Below, piece by piece: positions 1 through 10,100 of a stretch of DNA of 64,000 nt (positions are counted from its first letter, which is position 1; every line of letters starts with the position of its first letter). A program made the position numbers and the translations under genes. The stretch comes from a virus (lineage: Duplodnaviria; Caudoviricetes), in the IMG/VR virus record IMGVR_UViG_3300022906_000002, positions 32,681 through 96,680 of that record; one strand, 5' to 3'. The notes under the pieces are model-generated. The model was not told the DNA's origin, made no database searches, and saw only the letters and a program-made list of their open reading frames with translations.

Positions 1-126
1 GAGGCGTTTTTCGATTCTATTGATTCGCTGTTCCGCGTTTACGATCCAAGCAACCAGCAGGTACAGCAAGGCGAAAAGCATGAACGCCGAGAAGCATCCC
101 GGACCACTCGATCCCTTTTCTTCCAT
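1..126 (-). CDS. small membrane protein, runs off window start
   Basis: MEEKGSSGPGCFSAFMLFALLYLLVAWIVNAEQRINRIEKRL...; start abuts the stop of 127..486. Confidence 0.55.
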   Translation of the reverse strand, partial: MEEKGSSGPGCFSAFMLFALLYLLVAWIVNAEQRINRIEKRL

Positions 127-486
127 CTACAGCCCTCCCGCGATTCGGTTAACCTCGGCGAAATCGAGACCGAGGGCAAGGCACACGCCGCGGAGTCGAG
201 CGCGACGATCTCCGCGGCCGAGTGGCAGAACGGGACCGCATTCCAGCCCTTCGATGTGGCGCGATGTAACGTCCACCTCCCGCCAGATCTTGCGCTCTTC
301 AGCGGTGACGTAGATCGGCGTTACGAAATCCGCAGCAGAGTCGCGAAGGCATGCCTCGGCTTCGACGGCTAGCGCTTCCCGGCTCCATCCGCGCGCGTCC
401 CGAGCGCGCCGAATCATGGTGGCGAGGTAGTCGCTGGACGCGGTCGGCAGATACTGGTGGCGGGCGTGTCGCTGCGGTGCGGTCAT
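127..486 (-). CDS. XRE-family HTH regulator with an insertion
   Basis: LATMIRRARDARGWSREALA...SRHIEGLECG...LRGVCLALGLD; start taken at MTAPQ, overlapping the upstream stop. Confidence 0.65.
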   Translation of the reverse strand: MTAPQRHARHQYLPTASSDYLATMIRRARDARGWSREALAVEAEACLRDSAADFVTPIYVTAEERKIWREVDVTSRHIEGLECGPVLPLGRGDRRARLRGVCLALGLDFAEVNRIAGGL

Positions 487-731
487 GCGGCGGGCTCCGT
501 CCTGAGGCGTTGGATTTCGAGCAATCGCCTGGTGCATAGATCTTCGGATTCCGACAGCGCGGCGGTCATTCTGGCGGCTCGCTGCTCGGCCCACGTGCAA
601 CGCTCCTTCGCGTTCATTATTGCGGGAAGAGCGACCAATGAGACCGTCCCGGCCGAGAATGGAACCCGCTCACCCGTCGCGTCCGCGAGCGCCTGGGCCA
701 ATCGGTGGACCTCGGCGAAGTCGACGCTCAC
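483..731 (-). CDS. hypothetical protein
   Basis: 4-bp start/stop overlaps with both neighbours. Confidence 0.5.
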   Translation of the reverse strand: MSVDFAEVHRLAQALADATGERVPFSAGTVSLVALPAIMNAKERCTWAEQRAARMTAALSESEDLCTRRLLEIQRLRTEPAA

Positions 732-907
732 CGAGCCACCTCACGAAAGGCAATGAGGCAGCCGACGCCTACGACAGCGAGCCCGATTCGTAATGCGTAC
801 GACGGATCAAAGAGTCTGCTCGCCATAAATCCCATACCCAGAGCAATGACGGTCAGGGCCGCGGTAAGCCACGGCCCCAAGCCTGTAGATTTATCGGATT
901 GGTCCAT
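728..907 (-). CDS. small two-TM membrane protein
   Basis: MDQSDKSTGLGPWLTAALTVIALGMGFMASRLFDPSYALRIGLAVVGVGCLIAFREVAR (59 aa, below ORF-track cutoff); GAGGGTGG RBS. Confidence 0.55.
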   Translation of the reverse strand: MDQSDKSTGLGPWLTAALTVIALGMGFMASRLFDPSYALRIGLAVVGVGCLIAFREVAR

Positions 908-1011
908 CGACCCACCCTCTTTCCGCCCGTCCGGGCGCCCGATTCTACCGCATTTCTACGCAAACCCGGCGCACTTGCGGTGCCGCTTCCCGTGTAGCGC
1001 CGAAAGTTCAC

Positions 1012-2571
1012 GTGCGAAATGCTTTCGCCGTGTCCGACGCACTCGATCGACTAGCGTTTCGTTTTGCCCCCGGCAAGACGGCGCGCCGCTACGTAGCCAA
1101 GCATCAATGGGCGATTACTCCGGAGGCTATGGAGACGATCGCCGACGTCGTTGCGGCTCACTGCGCGGGCGCCCGATTCTCTGACGAAGAGCGCGAGCAG
1201 CGAATCGCTGCCGCCGGGTGTCGCGCCGAATCCCCGGAATCACCGATCGAGGACTTGTCGGCGGCCGGGAACAAGGTAGCCGTCATCCCGTTGCGCGGAG
1301 TCTTGGCGCGGCACATGGATCTGATGATGCGCTACAGCGGTGGCACGTCTACGGACGCCTTCGCGGCAGCCGTCCGCGCTGCGGCGAGCGACGAGAACGT
1401 CACCGGCATCATGCTCTTCTGCGATACACCGGGCGGCACGGTAGACGGGGCTCAGGAAGCCGCCGCTGCCGTCCGGGAGGTTGTCGCGGCGGGCAAGAAG
1501 CCGGTGCTCGCCTACGTCGAAGGCGAATGCTGCTCGGCCGGAATGTGGATCGCGAGCCAAGCGCAGCGTCTCGTGTCCGCGCCTCACGGAATCATCGGCA
1601 GCCTCGGCGTCCTCTTGCAGCATATGGACGTTTCGAGCGCCGACGAAAAAGAGGGCGTGAAGTTCACCTACATCACGTACCCGGAGGGCGGCAATAAGGC
1701 CGAGGCAAACCCTCACCAGCCGCTCAAGGCCGAGACGCTTGAACACCTCCAGGAGCTAATCAAGCCGGCCGGCGATGCGTTCTACGCCGCGGTCGCCGAG
1801 GGCCGAGGCGTGACCCTCGCGAAGGTCAATCAGTGGGGCAAGGGGCGCGTGTTCGATGCCTCGCAAGCCCTCGAAATGGGAATGATCGACGACGTTACCA
1901 ACTTCGACGGGGCACTTGCCCTGCTCGACGAGCTTTCCGGGGACGACCCCGAAGAGGAGACGGACATGGCCAATATTGACGACGCGGCAGTCGCCGCTAG
2001 CGTCAAGGCGGCGCTACCCGAAGCATTGGCGGCGACGCTGCCCTCGACTCTTCGGGCCGAGCTGGAGCCGCTGCTCGCTGCGCACGCCGAGAAGATCAAC
2101 CTCGGATCGGCCGCCGCGATGGCGCCGATCGACGAACGACTGAAGGCAGTAGAGGCCGGACAGGTCGAGATGAAGGCGAGCCTCGCCGCGAGCAACAAGG
2201 CGACCGCCGAGACCCTGACCCGTCAGGCGCTCGAACGGCTCGCGGATTCCGGGCAGCTCGCTCCGGCGCTGGTCGAAGAGGAACTGGCGGACTTGATGTG
2301 TCTCTCCGAAGAGCGGCGTCAGGCTCGGCTCGACCGCATGAAGACCGCGAAGAGCGTGGTTCCGACGAACGCGGCGAACCTGCCGCTCGGCGCGGATCCC
2401 GTCGCATCCAACGCCGCCGCCCGTGACTTCGGGATGCCCAACGGCGACGGCCCGGACCCGCTCGAAGCTTCGGTCGTCGCTCGACTCGACGAAGAGGGCA
2501 TCAGCCCGGCCGATGGCGCCAAGTACGTGGCGCGCTACAACGCTCTCATGAAGGAGACGGCCGATGCCTAG
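1012..2571 (+). CDS. S49 (SppA-like) prohead protease with C-terminal scaffold domain
   Basis: VAVIPLRGVL, DTPGG, CCSAGMWIASQA (Ser), IGSLGV, GNKAEANP (Lys); helical Ala-rich C-terminus; lies upstream of the capsid genes. Confidence 0.92.
   Translation: MRNAFAVSDALDRLAFRFAPGKTARRYVAKHQWAITPEAMETIADVVAAHCAGARFSDEEREQRIAAAGCRAESPESPIEDLSAAGNKVAVIPLRGVLARHMDLMMRYSGGTSTDAFAAAVRAAASDENVTGIMLFCDTPGGTVDGAQEAAAAVREVVAAGKKPVLAYVEGECCSAGMWIASQAQRLVSAPHGIIGSLGVLLQHMDVSSADEKEGVKFTYITYPEGGNKAEANPHQPLKAETLEHLQELIKPAGDAFYAAVAEGRGVTLAKVNQWGKGRVFDASQALEMGMIDDVTNFDGALALLDELSGDDPEEETDMANIDDAAVAASVKAALPEALAATLPSTLRAELEPLLAAHAEKINLGSAAAMAPIDERLKAVEAGQVEMKASLAASNKATAETLTRQALERLADSGQLAPALVEEELADLMCLSEERRQARLDRMKTAKSVVPTNAANLPLGADPVASNAAARDFGMPNGDGPDPLEASVVARLDEEGISPADGAKYVARYNALMKETADA
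1966..2571 (+). CDS. nested in-frame scaffolding protein (lambda Nu3-like)
   Basis: GAGGAG-N6-ATG at 1966, in frame, immediately after the protease domain and acidic linker. Confidence 0.7.
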   Translation: MANIDDAAVAASVKAALPEALAATLPSTLRAELEPLLAAHAEKINLGSAAAMAPIDERLKAVEAGQVEMKASLAASNKATAETLTRQALERLADSGQLAPALVEEELADLMCLSEERRQARLDRMKTAKSVVPTNAANLPLGADPVASNAAARDFGMPNGDGPDPLEASVVARLDEEGISPADGAKYVARYNALMKETADA

Positions 2572-2965
2572 TCTCAATGCAGCCCGGTCCGAACAGATCG
2601 TTGATACCTACATCCCCAAGGCGGCCACCGACATGACCGCGGGTCAGGGCTGCGTCCTGGCAAGCACGGGCGTGCAGCACATCGAGCCGTCCGTGGCGGC
2701 ATCGGTCTACCTGCTCGGCGTTCTGGCTTACGACGCACTCGCCCTCAACGAGGTGCGAGTCGTCGAGCGCGGACAGGTCGAGGTGCAGGTCAAGAACGGC
2801 GAGACCTGGGCGATCAACGACAAGATCGGCCTAGCCGCCGCCGGCCAATTCACGAAGGTCACCACGGGCAACTACTTCGCCGTCTCCCAGGGCACCACCA
2901 CGGGCGGCACTGGCGAAAAGTGCTTCGTGAAACTCTTGGGCCATGCGCCCGCGACGTTCGCCTAA
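2564..2965 (+). CDS. head decoration / capsid cement protein
   Basis: 133 aa beta-rich, LLGVLAYDA...VRVVERGQVEV; between scaffold and capsid gene; AGGAG RBS. Confidence 0.75.
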   Translation: MPSLNAARSEQIVDTYIPKAATDMTAGQGCVLASTGVQHIEPSVAASVYLLGVLAYDALALNEVRVVERGQVEVQVKNGETWAINDKIGLAAAGQFTKVTTGNYFAVSQGTTTGGTGEKCFVKLLGHAPATFA

Positions 2966-2977
2966 GGAGCCCTGAAA

Positions 2978-3955
2978 ATGGCAATTACCGTGGCCACCCT
3001 TCCCGGCCCTTTCGCCAACGAGCGCAGCACGTCGCCGCTTCTGACCAGCCTCGTGCTCGGGCAGCCGACGCGGCCCGGCGCCGCGGACATCTTCTTCCCC
3101 CGCGTTCCCGTACCCTCGCCGGTCTTCGAGTTCCGGCAGTACGACAACGCCGAGATCGTGCCGGTCGAGACGAGCAGGGCGTTTAGCGCGCCCTACAAGA
3201 CCAAGACGGCAGGCGGGCGCCTCCTGACCGCGGCCCTCCAGCGACACTCGTTTGCGGGTATGGCCGACATCGATCAGTTCAAAATCTCGAAGTCGTTCGG
3301 CGGAGATCCGCTCTTTCAAGCGCGTCAGGCGGCGATCGGCAAGCGCATCGTTGATCTGACCCGCGAGATCAAGGCGTCGGAAGTCCTGACGAATACCGCC
3401 ACCTACCCGGCCGGACACACCCTCGCGCTGGCGAGCGGCAGTGAATGGAACGCGGCCGGCGGCGACAGCCAGGGCGATATCACCACGGCGGCCGACGCCA
3501 TCCTCAGCAAGACGGCGGCCGGCCGAGAGGAGTTGATGGTCGGCCTCAGCTCTTCGGCCCTCAACGCGGCGCTCGCCGATCCCGTGTTCAAGGCGTCGCG
3601 GGTTTACACCAACTCGGCGTTCCCGAGCGTCCGCGATCTGGCGGCGTATTGGGGCGTCAAGGAAGTTCGGAGCTTCAACCCCGTGGCCGCCGCCAGCCAG
3701 GAAGTCGGCTCGGTGCCGGCTCCGATCTACGGTGACGTAGCGATCGTGTTCGTCCCGATGTTCGATCCGGCCAACTACGACTTGACGACCGGCACGATGG
3801 TCTTCGGCGCCGGATTCACGTGGAACACGGGCGTCGCTAACGTCCCGTTCTACGACGACAAGACGTCGTCGTGGTACTACCCCTGGACCGACTGGTTCGA
3901 TTTCGAAGTCATCTCGGGCGGCGCCGGATTCCTAATCACCAACTGCGCCGCTTAA
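2978..3955 (+). CDS. major capsid protein (HK97 fold, lambda E-like)
   Basis: 325 aa, ADIFFPRVPV, C-terminal GFLITN, strong AAGGAG RBS, synteny. Confidence 0.88.
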   Translation: MAITVATLPGPFANERSTSPLLTSLVLGQPTRPGAADIFFPRVPVPSPVFEFRQYDNAEIVPVETSRAFSAPYKTKTAGGRLLTAALQRHSFAGMADIDQFKISKSFGGDPLFQARQAAIGKRIVDLTREIKASEVLTNTATYPAGHTLALASGSEWNAAGGDSQGDITTAADAILSKTAAGREELMVGLSSSALNAALADPVFKASRVYTNSAFPSVRDLAAYWGVKEVRSFNPVAAASQEVGSVPAPIYGDVAIVFVPMFDPANYDLTTGTMVFGAGFTWNTGVANVPFYDDKTSSWYYPWTDWFDFEVISGGAGFLITNCAA

Positions 3956-3967
3956 ACGGAGACCGTC

Positions 3968-4234
3968 ATGGCCGAAGACAAGAAGAACGAGAAGGACGGC
4001 AAGCCGGGCGCACCGCCAGTGCCGGACGCGCCGGAGGTCGAAGCCTCGAAGCCGAAGCCGCCCGTGGAGTCGCCAATGCCCTTGCTGCGTCGATCCGCTG
4101 GCCACAAGGTCGTCGGCCTGATCAAGCACGGCTCGCGGATGTTCCGTCCGGGCGACCCCATCAAGCCCGGCGACCTGCCGGAGGGTGACTTCGAGCGGTT
4201 CGTCACGAGTGGTGCCATCACCGCGGAGCGGTAA
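3968..4234 (+). CDS. small head-associated protein
   Basis: IKHGSRMFRPGDPI...RFVTSGAI, typical of the gene after the capsid; GGAG RBS. Confidence 0.6.
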   Translation: MAEDKKNEKDGKPGAPPVPDAPEVEASKPKPPVESPMPLLRRSAGHKVVGLIKHGSRMFRPGDPIKPGDLPEGDFERFVTSGAITAER

Positions 4235-4243
4235 GAGGGCGCG

Positions 4244-4723
4244 ATGCCGTGGAGCGATTACGAGGCGGTTCTGTTGCAGATTCCGGAGGCGGAAGCCGAA
4301 CGGATCGCAACGGAGCATGGCGCGTCGGAAGGAGGGTCGCCCACATTCGAGGAGTGGTGGGTGGCCCGAATCGATGCGGCCGTGCCATTGGTCCTCGGGA
4401 CGCTTCGCGGCAACGGGTACAGTCCGCCCGATGACCCGGCCGAGTTGACGGCTGCTGACGCCTTGCTTCTATCCGAGGCCATCGCGCAGCAAGCCGTCCT
4501 TGAGGCGAGGCCGCACGAGGTTCGGGTAGGCGGCGGCGAGAAGTACCCGGTAGCCGAGCTGTGCATCCGCCTACGTCAGATCGTCGGGGGGATTGTGCGC
4601 CTCGACATGTCGGCGGAGTCGGCGCCGTCGGCCGTCTTCATCCCGGGCACGGTCAACGCCCCGGGCTACCGCCGGCCGCTCTGGTATGACGACTTCGTCG
4701 GCTGCGATTCGTGGTGGCCCTAA
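4244..4723 (+). CDS. head-tail adaptor
   Basis: Helical 159 aa; synteny. Confidence 0.6.
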   Translation: MPWSDYEAVLLQIPEAEAERIATEHGASEGGSPTFEEWWVARIDAAVPLVLGTLRGNGYSPPDDPAELTAADALLLSEAIAQQAVLEARPHEVRVGGGEKYPVAELCIRLRQIVGGIVRLDMSAESAPSAVFIPGTVNAPGYRRPLWYDDFVGCDSWWP

Positions 4724-4727
4724 GCCC

Positions 4728-5273
4728 ATGAACATTACATTCGCCGTGAACAACCGCGCGGCCCTAAAGGCTCTTGACGCGCAGATCGAGGCGACGGCCC
4801 AGCCCTTCGCTGCGCCTCGCGGTGCACGGGTCGTGAAGGCGATTCGCTTGGCCATCGGCGAGGAGTTCTCGCGGGGCGCCGAGCGGACGGATTCCGGTTT
4901 CAAGAAATGGAAGCCGACGCAGTCCTTCGGCACAAAGACCGCCACGAACCCGCCGCTCGGTGGCAAGGCGGGGCGGGTCGCGCGGGCGTGGGCAGGAGGG
5001 GCCGGCGGCTTCTCGACGGTCAGCGGGACTGAAATCGTCATCGGAGTTCGCGCGCCGTGGGCTGCGGTCCACCGCGGCGACAATGGCCCGGTCACGACGA
5101 TCCGGCCGCGCGGCGGCGACAGGATGCGATTCTTCTTGGGACGCGCTTTTGGCGTATGGATCTCGCGCGCACGGCTGGCGCAGGGTCTCAAGGTTCCGGC
5201 TCGTCCGCACGCCACGGCCAACAAGAGCCTATCGGAGATCATCCGCGATGCACTGCTGGGGGTGAAGGCGTGA
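4728..5273 (+). CDS. tail completion / virion morphogenesis protein (Mu G-like)
   Basis: Basic; WKP..., IGVRAPWAAVHRG, C-terminal VPARP. Confidence 0.75.
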   Translation: MNITFAVNNRAALKALDAQIEATAQPFAAPRGARVVKAIRLAIGEEFSRGAERTDSGFKKWKPTQSFGTKTATNPPLGGKAGRVARAWAGGAGGFSTVSGTEIVIGVRAPWAAVHRGDNGPVTTIRPRGGDRMRFFLGRAFGVWISRARLAQGLKVPARPHATANKSLSEIIRDALLGVKA

Positions 5274-5764
5274 GCACGAGCCTATCCATTCCCATCAAGG
5301 ATGTGGACCTGCTCGCGGTCGAGGTGAAGTCTCGGCTCGCCGCGGCAACGGAGCTAGACGGTTATCGGGTCCGAGTGGACCGCGTACCGATGCTCCAAGA
5401 GGCGGTGGCCCTGGTGCCCGGCAATATTCTTGTGGCGCCGACGCGACTTTCGAGCGCGCCGCAAGTCGGATGCTTCGAGCATGAGGCGGCGATCGGAATG
5501 CTCTTCCCGTTCACGGAGAGCCCGGTACCGCTCAAGGATGACGAAGTGGGGCCGGCGACGCTCGTGGATACGGTCCTCGGCATGGTCGAGAGTTGGAACA
5601 AGACGATCGCGACGCCCTCGACGAAGTGGAGTTTCCGCGACGCCGATGCCACGTTCTTCGACTCGCCGGACGTTGAGGGTCGCCACCGGCCGACGGGTAC
5701 CACGCTGATCGGATTTCTCGTGAATCTGACGTATACCGGCAAGCGATTCTTCGCTCAGCCTTAG
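5270..5764 (+). CDS. putative tail terminator
   Basis: GTG overlaps upstream TGA; ~164 aa directly before the tail tube. Confidence 0.55.
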   Translation: MSTSLSIPIKDVDLLAVEVKSRLAAATELDGYRVRVDRVPMLQEAVALVPGNILVAPTRLSSAPQVGCFEHEAAIGMLFPFTESPVPLKDDEVGPATLVDTVLGMVESWNKTIATPSTKWSFRDADATFFDSPDVEGRHRPTGTTLIGFLVNLTYTGKRFFAQP

Positions 5765-5774
5765 GAGATAGCAA

Positions 5775-7106
5775 ATGGGCGATACCTTCCAGGGCGGCAA
5801 TTCCCAATTCCGAGTGGGCGTCGAAGCGCGGCCCGGACAGCCCCCGCAGACCACCGGGGAATATGCGGATCTCATGTTCAGCGAGGCCGACCATGGCCCG
5901 GAATTCACGGACACCGAGGACCCCAATCTCCAGCCGGGCGGACAGGAGTCCGAGGGCTACACGGGGAAAATCGTCGTATCGGGTAGCGTCACCGGCACGA
6001 TGTATCCGGACCTCGCGAACGGCCGGTTTCTGGCGGAAGCGCAGCGCCGGATCACGACGACTTCGCCGGCCACCGACGTCTATTTGCACCGGATGGGCGT
6101 GAGCGAGACGACCGCCGTCAAGAGCGTCGCAACTCGGCTGTCGCGCGACGACGGCGCTCCGGAGACGGCGGCGCTGACCGCCGTGCAGACTCTCGACATT
6201 ACCGTCGAGCCCGGCAGCCTGCCCGAGGTGAGCTACGGCCTGGTCTCGGCGCGCGTGACCCGATGGTCATTGGCCACGGCCACGGTGGGCACGGTCACAT
6301 CCAGCAAGTTCGGCTCGCTGCGGGGACTGCCGAGCGCGGCTCTCCTGGCGCTGCCTGACGGAGACATCTACGTCAAGATTGTGGACGTGACGGGCTCGCC
6401 GAACTCGGTGACCGTCAAAGTGAAGATCGGCGCGGCGTCCACCTACGACGGCGCGGACATCGTCATCCCGTGCGGCGCCGACAGTATCGGCCGGCCGAAG
6501 TGGACGCCGCTGACCGACGAGGACGATGCGCGCATCGGAACCCGCGACATGCCGATCGAACTGGCGATCACGACGGGCGCCGGGTTTTCGGTCAACGACG
6601 TAATGAAGTTCACCCGCGAGGCGCCCGCCTGGGTGACGGTTCCGCCGACGATGGCGCCGTTCAACGAGGTGTATTGCGAGATCACCTTCGACGACGAGAG
6701 CTACTGCCTGACTTCGTGGTCGCTGTCGGCGACGTTCCCCGTGGACGTCAACGAGTGCATCGGCGGACGTTTCGCGGACAGCTTGATCCGCGAGGGTCGG
6801 CGAGAGATTCGGATCTCCATCGACCGAAAGTACACCGACCGCCGGATCGTGGACAAACTGATTAGCGGCGCCCGTTTCGCGCTGAAGGCGATTCTCTCCA
6901 ACGGCGAGCAAGTCGAGGACGGATTCGACTTCTTGCTAACCGTCACATGCCCTCGGTGCAAGGCGACCGGCAAGGCTCCGAGCGCCCAAGAAGAACTGAC
7001 CGAGAGCGTCGAGTTCGCTGCATATCCGTCGCCCGGCGACATCTCGGGGTATGTGGACGACATGACCATCGAGCTTCAGAACGCCTCGCCCTCGCTGATT
7101 GCGTAA
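5775..7106 (+). CDS. major tail tube protein with inserted beta domain
   Basis: 443 aa, RVGVEARPG N-terminus, IREGRREIRISID, C-terminal IELQN; AGGAG RBS; no sheath gene. Confidence 0.8.
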   Translation: MGDTFQGGNSQFRVGVEARPGQPPQTTGEYADLMFSEADHGPEFTDTEDPNLQPGGQESEGYTGKIVVSGSVTGTMYPDLANGRFLAEAQRRITTTSPATDVYLHRMGVSETTAVKSVATRLSRDDGAPETAALTAVQTLDITVEPGSLPEVSYGLVSARVTRWSLATATVGTVTSSKFGSLRGLPSAALLALPDGDIYVKIVDVTGSPNSVTVKVKIGAASTYDGADIVIPCGADSIGRPKWTPLTDEDDARIGTRDMPIELAITTGAGFSVNDVMKFTREAPAWVTVPPTMAPFNEVYCEITFDDESYCLTSWSLSATFPVDVNECIGGRFADSLIREGRREIRISIDRKYTDRRIVDKLISGARFALKAILSNGEQVEDGFDFLLTVTCPRCKATGKAPSAQEELTESVEFAAYPSPGDISGYVDDMTIELQNASPSLIA

Positions 7107-7129
7107 GCCGCGCGGCGTAGCCCCGCATC

Positions 7130-7165
7130 CGCCCGGGTCGGGGTGCCGCAAACCTGACCCGGGCG
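7130..7165 (+). terminator. 13-bp GC stem-loop after the tail tube (attenuator or processing site)
   Basis: CGCCCGGGTCGGG / CCTGACCCGGGCG; no U-tract. Confidence 0.45.
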
Positions 7166-7178
7166 AGACGGAATCCGT

Positions 7179-10100
7179 TTGGCGCAAGTAAATCAGGAAG
7201 TCCTTCTCCGTATCCTCGCCGAGGTGGCGGACGCCCTCAAGGGCCTGAATCAGGTCCGGGACGGCGTCCGCGCGCTCGCATCGGAGACAAAGGCCGAATC
7301 GCCTCTGAAGTTGGATCTTCAGATCGGCGAGGGCCTGGCGCGCCTGCGGGAGTTGCGGACGGGGATCGAGGAGACGGTCCGCGTCACGAAGGGCGACGGC
7401 GGAAAGATCAATCTCAAGCTTGATGTCGGGGCGATCGACAAGGAGCTGAAGGATCTCGCGAGTCGCGTAAAGACGGGCGTCACCGAGATCCGAAATTCCT
7501 TCGAGGGCCTGGGCAAGGTCAAGGTCGATCTCGGACTTGCAAGGAAGGGGTCGAAGGAATTCCAGGAGTTCCAGGCGGAATTGCGCAAACTGGAATCCCA
7601 ATTTCAAGGTGCAGTCAACCGGCTGAACACGGCGAGTCGCGGGGTGACGTTCGATCCGATCTCGCGATCGGCGACGCTCGCTCGCGACAAAGTGCGGATC
7701 GCGGCCGAGAACATGGCCGACTTCCTTGGGAAGATCCCGGCGGCCGTCACCAAGGATGAGGCGGCATTCGCCGGGCTCCAAGCGAAGATCGAATCGCTGC
7801 GGGCCGCAGCCGCCAGGCTCTCTCAAATCGACGTAGTGCCCCCGGGCGGCGTCCCGGCCGCGGCGTCCTTGACGTCTTCGATTGGGTCGCTGGAGTCCGC
7901 ATTCGGCTTGGCCAGTAAGGCCGCGCAGCTCTTTCTCGCTTCGCTGGTCGTCCAGAAGCTATTGGACTTCGGCAAGTCGGCGGTACAGGTTGCGTCCGAC
8001 CTGCAAATCCTCCAAGGACAGCTAGAGATTTTCGTCGGCGGTCCGCAGGAAGCGGCTGACGCCATTGACCATCTGCGCGACGTCGCCGACGACGTAGGCA
8101 TCTCCTTCATTACGCTGACCGACAACTTTCAGAAGTTTCTGGTGCCGGCGCAGGCCGCGGGCCTGTCGCTGAAGGAGACTCAGCAGGTATTCGACGCGAT
8201 CTCGATTGCCGTGGCGGGCGCAGGCAAGAGCACCGAAGAAGTTAACGGCATCTTCAAGACGTTCACCGACGTCCTCCAGAAGGGCGTCATTCAGGCCGAG
8301 GAGTTGGTCAAGCAGTTCGCGAACAACGGCATTCCGGCGACGGCGCTGCTGGCAAGGGCCTACGGAAAGACGACGGCAGAAGTCCGAGAACTGACCAAAG
8401 AGCACCAGATTCTCGCGCGCGACGGCGTCCCGGCTCTCGCCGCGGAAATGTTGAAGGTCTATGGCCCGGCCGCGCTGAAAAACGTGGAATCCTTCCGCTC
8501 AGAAAACGAGCGGTTCAAGAACGAGATCATCGATCTTAAGCAAGCCTTTGGTGACGAGCTACTGCCGGCGCTCGTTGAAGTTCTCCAGACGCTGAAGGGG
8601 TTTGACGGGGAGGGCACCTTCGCTTCTCTCGGATCTGACGTGGCGACAGTCATCCGGCTTCTCGGCGACGTGGCCCGCATCTTTCGCGACCTCAAGAACT
8701 TTGACCTGAAGTCGGCGTTTGTCGGCATTGACGTGCTGTTCCTGAACCTCGCGGCCACGGGAGTCAAGTCGTTCGGGGCGCTCGAAGAGTCGGCCGCCAA
8801 GCTGACGGAGGCCTTGGGTCTGGCGCCGAAGGGCTTCGCTGATGCCGTCGCCAAGTCGGTTGATGAGGCCGTCGAGAAGCTTCGATTCGCGGCAAAGGAA
8901 GCGCGAAAGTTGGGCGAGGAGTCGCGGGCGGGCGCCGAGGAGGGCGGCGAGGGCGTCCGCAACCTCGGCGAAGAATGGAAGAAGCTCTATGAGAACCTAA
9001 AGAAGCAGCAGGCCGCCCACCAAAAGAACGCCGAGGACAGCGAGAAGGAGCTGACGAAGAAGCAGCTCGCAGAGATCAAGAAGCGAGAGGACGCGTATAA
9101 ATCGTTCTTCCAGAAGCTCGCCGAGCTGTCGAAGACGCCCGATCCGAACGCGCCGGATCTTGCGGGTTCGGTCCCGTCAAGCGTCAAGGCGCCGGACGTT
9201 CAGCCCGGGGATTCGACTTCTCTGGCCAAGCTCCGCGAAGAACTAGCCGCCACGCTACAGGCCAAGAGGGAGCTAGAGCTTCAGCCCAGCGTGAGCACGG
9301 AAGATCTGGCGCAGATCGATTCTCTGCGCGGCAAGGTCCAGGACCTCGAGACGCAGATTCGGAGCTATGGCTCGGCGAGCGGCGCGGCTGGGGACCAGGC
9401 CGCGGCCGGGCTCCAGAAGACCCAACAGGCGGCGGCCGAGGCGGCGGCCAAGGTACAGGCCGAACTCGGGACAAAGACGCTTGACGCGCTGCGCCAACTG
9501 ATCACCGGAACCGACGATTTCGCGAAGGCCTTTACGGACCTGAGCCCGAAGGCGCAGAACGCGGTGACCGGAATCGTCGCCGCCTTTGAGCAAGCGGCGC
9601 AGTCCGGCAACATCTCGCGCGATCAGATCGCCGAGTTCGGGCAACTTCTGATCAAGGCCTTTCAGGACGGCGGTCTCGTCGGCAAGCAGTTCGCCGCTGA
9701 TTTGGCGGCGGCGTTCGGCACCACGGGCACGGCCGCGGGCTCTCTGACCGCGGCGCTCCGCGCGCTCGCCGACGGCTCGAAGACCGCGGGTGCCGGGCTC
9801 AAGGAAGTGGGCGGGGGCGCGACCGCTACGGCCGCCAGCCTGAAGGGTCTCACCGGAGAGGCGAACGTGTCGGCCGCTGGCCTAAAGGGGGTGGGGTCAG
9901 AGGCGGGCGCGTCCGTGCCCAGCCTGACCGGGGCCGGCCAGGCTGCCGAGACAGCCGCGACCGCCGTGCGCCACGCAGGCGAAAGCGCCAAAGAGTTTGA
10001 CGACCGCATCCGAAGCCTGATCGACACTTCCGGCGGCACGGCGACCGCAGTTCGCGGAGTGGGTGAGGCTGCCAATGATGCTGCAATCCAGGTTAACGGG

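Noticed and set aside
1012-2571. Protease-scaffold nesting as a novelty
   Set aside because: Well known from lambda C/Nu3
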